A DNA stretch of 36,846 nucleotides from contig CAYZTH010000002.1 in NCBI GenBank assembly GCA_964481435.1, positions 1 through 36,846 of the forward strand. Reading direction: 5' to 3'. The notes beneath the pieces were generated by a model. It searched no databases. It worked only from the letters and a program-made list of their open reading frames with translations, and had not been told where the DNA came from. The position numbers and the translations under genes are program-made. Of this stretch, positions 21,725-29,700 are shown one piece after another (positions within the stretch are counted from its first letter, which is position 1; each line of letters starts with the position of its first letter). This DNA is from Candidatus Woesearchaeota archaeon (lineage in GTDB: Archaea > Nanobdellota > Nanobdellia > Pacearchaeales > UBA284).

Positions 21725-24405
21725 ATAGCTGGCTTGCCAGGCTTGGCTTTGCTTGCTTTGTTCTGGGGATCTACCTTGTTCTTATCATTGACTGCAAAAA
21801 CTTCAAGAGGTAAGTTAAGGGATTTTTGAATACTTTCTTTTGATTGTTTGTATGTGTTAAGTTCATTTGGAATTGTATATAAAAATACTTTTTTTGGAAC
21901 TTGTTTCTTTTCAGCTAACATCTTAAGGATATTACTTATGTCCTGAATTGTCTTACCAACTGCTTGCTCTTGCTTTTCAAGATTCTCATTTATCTTGCTT
22001 TCTTGTACTTTTGGCCAGGACTCAAGAGATAGGAATGTCTTATTTCCTAAATTGTGCCAGAGCTCTTCTGTGATGTGAGGACAGAAAGGGTGAAAAAGCT
22101 TGAGAAGAATTTCGTAGTTCTCTCTTTTTATCGATTCAGATAAGGAGTCTATACAGCCCATAATCGGGATAATTGCTTTGGGATACTCAAAATTCTCAAT
22201 ATTCTCTGAGACTTTCTTTATTGCTGAATGAATCTTGTTCTCTTGTGAAGGATTGGTTTCATTCTTTATTTTTTCTTTTAATCGGATTAATCTATTTATT
22301 ATCCTAAAACTTCCTTCAACTCCTTCATTTGTCCATTCCATTGGCTTGTCTGGAGAAGAGACAAAAGTCAAGAATAATCTTGCCGTATCTATTCCATACT
22401 TTTCAGAGATTTCTGTCTGGAAAACAACATTGCCCTGGCTTTTTGACATCTTTTTGCCGTCTTTGTAGACTACGCCTTGATTAAATAATCGTGTAAATGG
22501 CTCGTCAAAATTCACCATCTTTATATCTTTCAAGAACTTAGTCAAGAATCTTGCATACATCAGATGACCAACAGCATGCTCTATTCCTCCGATGTATTGA
22601 TCGACAGGCATCCAGTAATTCACTTTTTTTGAATCAAATGGCTTTTCTGAGTTCTTATTATCACAGTATCTTAGATAGTACCAGCTACTATCCATAAAAC
22701 CGCCGAGGGTGTCTGTCTCTCTTCTCGCTTTTCCGTGGCATTTAGGACAGGTCGTATTAACAAAATCTTTATTAGATGATAGGGGATTCCCTGTGACTTT
22801 GAAATCAACTTTTTCTGGAAGCAATACTGGAAGTTTATCTTCTGGAACAGGCACAATGCCACATTTATCGCAGTATACAATTGGAATTGGTGTTCCCCAG
22901 TATCTCTGTCTTGAAATAAGCCAGTCTCTTAACTTGTAGTTTGTTGTTTTCTTTCCGAGTTTGTTCTTTTCAAGCCAATCTGCCATCTTAGGCAAAGCTT
23001 CTTGGTTATTCATCCCTGAAAATTTTCCAGAATCAAATAAAATGCCATTATCTGTATATGCTTCTTTGAAATCTTTTGGGTTAATTGATTTTCCATCTTT
23101 GCTTATAACAAATTTTAATGGAATTTTGTATTTTCGCGCAAATCTAAAATCTCTCTTATCATGCGCATCACACATCACAACTCCGGTTCCGTACATCAAA
23201 GCAAAATTAGAAACATAAACCGGAATTTCTTCATTAGTTGCGGGATTAATAACATACTTTCCGATAAATATTCCTTCTTTTTCTTTTTCTTCGTTTATTC
23301 TATCTTCTATTTTTTCTTTTAAAATCTTTTTAATGAAATCTTTGACTGGTTTTTCGTATTTGGTTCCTTTTATTAATTCGTCAACCAGTGGGCTTTCTGG
23401 CGCAATAGCAATAAAAGTTACTGAGAAGATAGTATCGCATCTTGTTGTAAATGCTTCTAAAACTTTTTTTGAATCTTTTAATTTGAAAAATATGTTAACC
23501 CCTTCACTTTTTCCAATCCAATTCCTTTGCATGGTCTTTATCTTATCGGACCACTGAATCTTATCGAGGTCATCGAGAAGACGGTCAGTATACTTTGTTA
23601 TCTTGAAGAACCACTGTTCCATCTCTTTTTGTATAACTTCATTTCCACAGCGCCAGCATTTCCCTTTTTCAGCTTCTTCATTAGCAAGAACAGATTGACA
23701 GTGTTCACAGTAGTTTACAGGTGCTTTTTTTCGATAAGCTAATCCATGCTCTAAAAGTTTTAAGAAGAGATATTGATTCCATTTGTAATACTCTGGTTGG
23801 TGAGACATTATCAGTCTAGACCAATCATAGCTATTCCCTAGGGCCTTTTGATACTCTATTATCTTCTTTATTGCATCTTCTGCGTATTTTTTAGGATGAA
23901 TCCCTTGCTTTTTTGCCGCATTCTCTGCAGGAAGGCCAAAAGAATCATAACCTACTGGATAGAGTATGTTAAAACCCTGCATCCTCCTGTATCTTGCAAA
24001 GACATCTCCGATGGTATAATTCCTCACATGACCAACATGCAAGAAAGAAGCAGAGGGGTAAGCATACATTTCAAGAACATAGAATTTTTTCTTTTTATTG
24101 TCTTCTTTGACCTGGAAGATTTGAGATTTTTCCCAAGAATCTTGCCACTTTTTCTCTATACTTGAGAAATTTATTGAAGCATTAGGGGGTGAATTTTGAG
24201 ATAAGTGCAATGAAGACCTTATTTTTTCTTGTACTTTTTTTATATCTTTTTTAAAAGATTCGGGAAAATCAGATGCAATAAATTTACAATTTTCACATAT
24301 CAAAAAAGCATTTCCGCCATATAAACTAATCTTTGTACAACCACATCTCGGGCAAAACTTCATCATATTTTCTGTTTTCTTCGTTCCCTTTTTCATGTTC
24401 AACAT
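21712..24405 (-). CDS. leuS: leucyl-tRNA synthetase, bacterial-type, with N-terminal zinc-ribbon extension
   Basis: HVGHVRNY (HIGH), GYDSFGLPAENAA (bacterial-type), CP1 editing motifs TTRCDT and GTGVVMCDAHDKRDFRFA, KMSKSQGN (KMSKS). The first about 80 aa contain CPRCG...CENC. Confidence 0.95.
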   Translation of the reverse strand: MLNMKKGTKKTENMMKFCPRCGCTKISLYGGNAFLICENCKFIASDFPESFKKDIKKVQEKIRSSLHLSQNSPPNASINFSSIEKKWQDSWEKSQIFQVKEDNKKKKFYVLEMYAYPSASFLHVGHVRNYTIGDVFARYRRMQGFNILYPVGYDSFGLPAENAAKKQGIHPKKYAEDAIKKIIEYQKALGNSYDWSRLIMSHQPEYYKWNQYLFLKLLEHGLAYRKKAPVNYCEHCQSVLANEEAEKGKCWRCGNEVIQKEMEQWFFKITKYTDRLLDDLDKIQWSDKIKTMQRNWIGKSEGVNIFFKLKDSKKVLEAFTTRCDTIFSVTFIAIAPESPLVDELIKGTKYEKPVKDFIKKILKEKIEDRINEEKEKEGIFIGKYVINPATNEEIPVYVSNFALMYGTGVVMCDAHDKRDFRFARKYKIPLKFVISKDGKSINPKDFKEAYTDNGILFDSGKFSGMNNQEALPKMADWLEKNKLGKKTTNYKLRDWLISRQRYWGTPIPIVYCDKCGIVPVPEDKLPVLLPEKVDFKVTGNPLSSNKDFVNTTCPKCHGKARRETDTLGGFMDSSWYYLRYCDNKNSEKPFDSKKVNYWMPVDQYIGGIEHAVGHLMYARFLTKFLKDIKMVNFDEPFTRLFNQGVVYKDGKKMSKSQGNVVFQTEISEKYGIDTARLFLTFVSSPDKPMEWTNEGVEGSFRIINRLIRLKEKIKNETNPSQENKIHSAIKKVSENIENFEYPKAIIPIMGCIDSLSESIKRENYEILLKLFHPFCPHITEELWHNLGNKTFLSLESWPKVQESKINENLEKQEQAVGKTIQDISNILKMLAEKKQVPKKVFLYTIPNELNTYKQSKESIQKSLNLPLEVFAVNDKNKVDPQNKASKAKPGKPAIYVE

Positions 24406-24520
24406 AATCTAAATGTGCATTTAAATTTTGTGCTTTCTTAAATTATCTAGAATCGAGAGTCATGTTCTAATTTAAAAGTTACTAATCAAAGAATGTGAAA
24501 GAGTTGTAATTTTAAAAAGA

Positions 24521-24528
24521 TTTTTAAA
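24521..24528 (+). promoter_or_regulatory. BRE/TATA-like box of the lipoprotein-like gene
   Basis: AAAGA-TTTTTAAA-CAC, 20 nt upstream of ATG 24549. It is embedded in the 8-bp inverted repeat AAAGATTT...AAATCTTT (24516-24539). Confidence 0.45.
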
Positions 24529-24548
24529 CACAAATCTTTTCTAGACTT

Positions 24549-25451
24549 ATGAAAAAGAGTGTGAATGTGTCCCTAGTGATTGCCGTGATGTTTATTCTTG
24601 TTGGGCTTTTATTTGTAAATGGGTGCGGCAAACCCGCAGACACTTACACAGAAGATCAGAATCAAACTTATGGAGATGAAAATCCGAATCAACAACAACC
24701 AACAGAAACTCCAAAAGAATACAAGACCTCTGATAAGTTATCCACAATAACACTAACAAGAGACCTTATCGATTCTAGTGGCGAACTCTCTCAACATGTT
24801 TCTTTCAAACTCTCGGGATATATGAAAGAAATTGATCCTACTTCAAATGACCAGACGCGATATTCAGATCGCGCCTATACTCTCGACCAAGGTAGAATAG
24901 ATTGGAGCATACAAGAACTGGAGATTCTTGAAGGGAATAATTGCAGATCAACAACAACAATCGGGGGCGAAGGAAATGATAGCCTATCTGCATATAATGT
25001 ATACTATAACCGGGATGGCCCTCAAAAAGATGATAATGGAAATATCGTCCATCTAAAAGCATATAATATTAAGATATCTTATATTGAACATGGATTAAAT
25101 GAACAAGGAAAATCAGAACTTAAGATCCTTGGGTCACTTTTAATGCCAGTTATGAATACTTATGTCGAAACTAAAAAAACAACAAATGCGTTATGTGGGG
25201 GCACTGATTCTTTAATGGATAATGCGATTCTTCAAATTCCTATAAAATTCATCGGCTTTAACCCAGATCAAAAAACCTTTTCAAACTCATTTGAAGCTGT
25301 AGAGGGTTATGAAAATCAGATTCAAGGAACAATAACCTCGGGTTATAAAGAAGCTGTATTTGCATACATGACCCCGGTCTTGGTCACAGAAATTCCAATT
25401 CCAGGCAATGAAGCGTCATGGAAAGTTTCATGGAATCTAGAGATGCCATGA
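24549..25451 (+). CDS. secreted lipoprotein-like protein
   Basis: Signal peptide MKKSVNVSLVIAVMFILVGLLFVNGC with a lipobox-like VNG|C, followed by a Q/N/T/P-rich linker. Confidence 0.6.
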   Translation: MKKSVNVSLVIAVMFILVGLLFVNGCGKPADTYTEDQNQTYGDENPNQQQPTETPKEYKTSDKLSTITLTRDLIDSSGELSQHVSFKLSGYMKEIDPTSNDQTRYSDRAYTLDQGRIDWSIQELEILEGNNCRSTTTIGGEGNDSLSAYNVYYNRDGPQKDDNGNIVHLKAYNIKISYIEHGLNEQGKSELKILGSLLMPVMNTYVETKKTTNALCGGTDSLMDNAILQIPIKFIGFNPDQKTFSNSFEAVEGYENQIQGTITSGYKEAVFAYMTPVLVTEIPIPGNEASWKVSWNLEMP

Positions 25452-25468
25452 AAATTTAATTAATAAGA

Positions 25469-25476
25469 TTTATAAA
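25469..25476 (+). promoter_or_regulatory. BRE/TATA-like box of the Cys-rich protein gene
   Basis: TAAGA-TTTATAAA-CAAA, 33 nt upstream of ATG 25510. Confidence 0.45.
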
Positions 25477-25509
25477 CAAAAAGAAAATTATGTAGTATTC
25501 AACAAAAAG

Positions 25510-26601
25510 ATGGTGGATCCAATAACAACAGCGGCCACAGCAAAGACTGCTAAAAAGGTAAAAGACGTCACGCAGAAACCTGTAAAAAGCGCAGGAGATG
25601 TAGCGTTTAAGGTATTTCTCTTGATACTATTGGCAATAATTACTATTCTTCTTATAGTTATAATTGCATTTATTATATTCGGCTGGGTCTTTCCATCATC
25701 TAATAATACGTTTATTCCTTACCCTGGTGCAGGACCAGGAGAATCAGGTTCATACTCCTCTGGTTATAATTATACAAATTATATTAACGCCCACTATCCG
25801 GGACCAGGGAGTCTTGGGGGGGAGTGTTACTGGGCCTATATCTGCCCCGGTGTTCCACCGGCTCCAACTTGCGACGATTGCACAGACGAGAATCGTTCAT
25901 GCTATAATAATTCAGAGTGTTGCTCTGGATGCTGTGAACAGTTCAGCATAAATTATCCGATTGGGGATATCCCTGGCCAGACTGCTTTCGTTGGGGGAAT
26001 ATGCAAACCAATTGAAAGATGCCAGCAACAGTGCAAGAATTATGCTCAGACATGCACAAACACAAGCCAGTGTTGTGATGGATATTGCTGTAAGAGCATG
26101 GGCGGAACATACAAAGAGTGTAGACCTAATTTAGAATGTAATTCGTGCACAGAAAATACTCAACTCTGTTCGAGTTCAAGTGAATGCTGTTCAGGATGCT
26201 GTAATGATGGATTATGCAGCCTTGAAACTCAGTGCTGCCATGAAGAAACTCAAACATGCTCGGGCTCTTCTGATTGCTGTTATGGTCTTGATTGTATAGA
26301 CGGACTATGCCAACAACCCGAATGCAAGAACTATGCAACCCAGTGCGAAACTAATGATGACTGCTGTTCAGGATGTTGTAAGAACATGGGAGGAACATAC
26401 AAAGAGTGCAGGCTTGAAAATGAATGCTCGGCTAGCTGCAATCCAATTGGAGGTTCTTGCCTTATAGGGGCTGACTGCTGTTCAACAGTATGCCTCGGAA
26501 ATAATACCTGCGGCTGTATTCAAGGAGGATATTCTTGCCCCGTAGCAGGTTCATGTTGTTCTCCTTACGAATGCGTAACAGGTATGTGTGTAATACCTTA
26601 A
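25510..26601 (+). CDS. N-terminally anchored cysteine-rich surface protein (seven CX6CX5CC modules)
   Basis: Lys-rich N-terminus, TM helix (aa about 35-60), a G/S/Y-rich spacer, then 53 Cys between aa 106 and 360 with a repeated spacing pattern. Confidence 0.8.
   Translation: MVDPITTAATAKTAKKVKDVTQKPVKSAGDVAFKVFLLILLAIITILLIVIIAFIIFGWVFPSSNNTFIPYPGAGPGESGSYSSGYNYTNYINAHYPGPGSLGGECYWAYICPGVPPAPTCDDCTDENRSCYNNSECCSGCCEQFSINYPIGDIPGQTAFVGGICKPIERCQQQCKNYAQTCTNTSQCCDGYCCKSMGGTYKECRPNLECNSCTENTQLCSSSSECCSGCCNDGLCSLETQCCHEETQTCSGSSDCCYGLDCIDGLCQQPECKNYATQCETNDDCCSGCCKNMGGTYKECRLENECSASCNPIGGSCLIGADCCSTVCLGNNTCGCIQGGYSCPVAGSCCSPYECVTGMCVIP
26032..26139 (+). repeat. intragenic duplicated module (copy A) of the Cys-rich gene
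   Basis: Encodes CKNYAQTCTNTSQCCDGYCCKSMGGTYKECRPNLEC. It is a diverged direct repeat of 26323-26427 at both DNA and protein level. Confidence 0.6.
26323..26427 (+). repeat. intragenic duplicated module (copy B) of the Cys-rich gene
   Basis: Encodes CKNYATQCETNDDCCSGCCKNMGGTYKECRLENEC. Confidence 0.6.
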
Positions 26602-26658
26602 AAGCTAAAAGAGTTTTGATTGTGTAATTACTATAAAAAGATAGAAATTTAAGAAAAG

Positions 26659-26666
26659 TTTATAAA
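26659..26666 (+). promoter_or_regulatory. BRE/TATA-like box of the giant surface protein gene
   Basis: AAAAG-TTTATAAA-CGAT, 35 nt upstream of ATG 26702. AGAGAAG lies before the ATG. Confidence 0.45.
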
Positions 26667-26701
26667 CGATATCTCCATAAAGAAGATATAAAAAAGAGAA
26701 G

Positions 26702-29700
26702 ATGGCGAATACCTGGCAATTTTTTTTAACAGTTGTATCTGTAGCCTTATTATTATTCATGCTGATTCCACTTGTTTCGGCAAATGTATATATCCCGGAT
26801 ATTTATTTTACTCTTCCTGACAGTGTCTTTTATGCAAATGAGAACATTCAATTAAAAGGCTATGTTTATTTTACCAATATAAGCGATAACGGAACATACT
26901 ACTCCAATAATACGGTATTAGTTGGTCAAGAAATTAACCTCAGTATTTGGGATGAAAGCAGAACACTAAATGCTTCTTATAACTTGACTACAGATTCTAA
27001 TGGTTCATTTTATTCAAGATCTAATTTTTATTTATCTTCCCCTTTAGTTAGCGCCCCCCTTGTTCCTGGAAATTATTATATAAGGGCGAGCGTTGTTCTT
27101 AATAATACAAATAATAGCAATTCAACGTACTATTCTGAAATTGAATTTAGTGTTGCAAATCAAACTATGGATTTTATAAGAGTAAGCTCTGACAAGGCAA
27201 GATATAATCCCGGAAATGGAGTCATAGTTAGTGCAGAAGCTGTAAAAAAAGTAGGAGACAGAATATTGTATATCTCAAATGTTTCTATATCTGGAAATCT
27301 AAGAGATTCTGCAAAAGAGGTCTTGGAGGCTTTTTCATGCACAACTGGGAGCAATGGAAAGTGCACAACAACAGTTACAGCGCCAGACTATGGAGAATAT
27401 ATCTTAGAGGTTAATAATTTCAAGGCATTTAGTTCATTCCAAGTTGTACCATTTTCTTTTATACTATCTGTTAAAGATGAAAATGGAAAATCTATAAAAA
27501 ATGTTTTTTCGCGAGGGGAAAAGGCAAAAATTGAAGTTAAAGCGAATAATGCAAGTTCTTCAGATACATATCGTTTCATTGGATATATAAAAGACTCTTC
27601 TGGAAGAATAATTGAAAATATCTCAACGGTGGTGCTAAATTCAAATAACTCTTTTGCAAACAGCTATGAGGTTAGTATTGACTCTGATTATAATTATGGA
27701 AGCTACTCGGTCTACGTTGATGTTACAAAAGATGGAGATGGGACTATCAGTTCTCTAACTTCTTTTAAAATTGAAGATTGGAGTCTTTCTTTGAGCAAAA
27801 AATCATCGCGTTCTGGGTTCGAATATGGGTACAGCGCATTTCCAAATTCTACTTTATACTTTGAACTTCTTCCGTTGTATAGAATAAATGGATCAATAGT
27901 GCCCAACATAAGCTTCTCTTCATTCACCGCATTGCTCAAAGATGAATTAAATAATGTTATAAATAGTTCTAATGTTTCTTGGAATTCGAGTTGTGGAACT
28001 TCTGGATGTTACGAATTCTCTTTAAGAGCTCCTGAGAACTATGGAAAATACTCTCTTTATGCTACCCTAGTTTATAGTAATAATGTTCAGACAATTAGCA
28101 GAGCAATCAATATAATAAATACTGTAATCTCTGCTCAATCAACTGATAAAAACGGCAATATAAAAGAATTATTTGGGACAAATGAGTTTGTTTATCTGTC
28201 TTTTTTAACATATAATCTAACTAATCCTAGTGTAAATCTAAGTGATGCTGAATTATTTATTGTCCAATATATGAATGGAACTGAAATTTCATATTCAAAT
28301 GCCAGTTCTTTTGAAGAAGTCAATGGAACAGGTTATAGATGGTCTTGGAATTCTAGCCTGCAAAGAATAAAGATGGACACTCTAAAAATGGGAGGGTTAT
28401 ATAATATCTATATCTTTGGAAATAACAGGTCAGCAGGAGCCGAAGCTAAATTTATTATAAATCCATATGACGCATGTATCTCTCCAAAAAATTCTTTAGA
28501 AACTAACAGTTATTATGTGTGGCAATTCAAGACATCAGATACTATTTATTTTGAAATTAAGATAAGCCAAGCAAACAACCCATTGGGCAAAGCAACTGCA
28601 CTAAATCTATCCTCAACCTCAAATTCAAGCACCAATGGAACACAAGGCGGACTTGGGGCTGCATGCGCAATGGATACTACAACAAAACAAGTTGTTACAA
28701 ATGCGACACTAACAATTGATGAAGTAAAAAATTCAGAATCTGGAGTCATACAGTCTTTTAATTCATCTGGGTCGAGCTGCACTCCAAAGGATAATCTGGG
28801 AACCTATATTTGCACTCTTAAACCCTTGTCAAAATGGGATTCTGGACAAATACTTGTTAAGGTTGATATTGAAGGACAAGATGGTTCAACCAGCACGGTT
28901 TATGGTATGTTTGAAGCACGAGCATTTTATTTATACGGATGGAGCCAATCATGGCAGAACAGCCCGACCTCTAATATAACTTTACAAATACAAATATATG
29001 AAGCAGGAAGCAATTGGTGGGGCAGCGGGAGCGGCATAAGCGGCACAGTAACTGTAACTAAAGTTGAATATCAAGGAGGCTCTGGAGAGTGGATATGGCC
29101 CCCAATTGATTCAGGGTATAATGTTTCTTTATTAAATTCAACTTCAGTAAGTGGAAGTACCGGAACTATGACATTAGATTCTTCGTATGCTTCTGGCGGA
29201 AGATGGAAAACTGGAAATTATAGAGCAGTCCTTAAAGCGACAACTTCCTCGGGAGACACAGACTATGGTTATGCTTGGTTTGGAATCAGAATGTGGGATG
29301 TTTATGGCTCTCCGATAGAGTGCACTGATTCTTCATGCAATTATAAGAGTTATTTTAATACAAGAGAAAATATAACTTTATTTATTCAAGTTAATAAACC
29401 GGGAATGTGGGGAAGTTACAATCAAGATTTGAGTGATAATGTCAGCGTAAGCGTTAAGAAAATCCAAGATTGCAGAACCTGGCCTTGTAAAGAACTAAAT
29501 CAGACAGATTATAGCGCAAATAGCATAAATGTCAGCAGAACAAGCGGGTACTATTGGAGTGGCAATTTAACTTCTCTTTCAAATTATATAATATATATAA
29601 ACTCAACTTCAGGAATTTGGGATGCGGGTTCATACAATGTTATCCTTGATGTTAAAGGAATCAATGAAAGTGATAGTGGTTCAGCTTGGTTTAATTCAAT

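Noticed and set aside
22235-24165. Seven + strand ORFs of 69-105 aa inside the leuS region (22235, 22709, 22961, 23333, 23527, 23848) and the minus-strand ORF 22671-22880
   Set aside because: All lie antisense to or out of frame with a 897-aa ORF that carries every LeuRS signature. Their products are low-complexity F/L/S-rich translations typical of the reverse strand of AT-rich genes.
25664-25951. Alternative-frame 95-aa ORF inside the Cys-rich gene, and likewise 31233-31475 inside the giant gene
   Set aside because: These are same-strand, out-of-frame ORFs nested in long ORFs with strong periodic features (Cys spacing, sequons). No independent signals support them.
26669-26689. 6-bp hairpin (ATATCT-N9-AGATAT) in the putative 5' leader of the giant gene, and the hairpins at 3101-3117 and 5484-5524
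   Set aside because: These are short, A/T-rich stems of a kind expected by chance in about 35% GC DNA, with no second copy or conservation to support a function.
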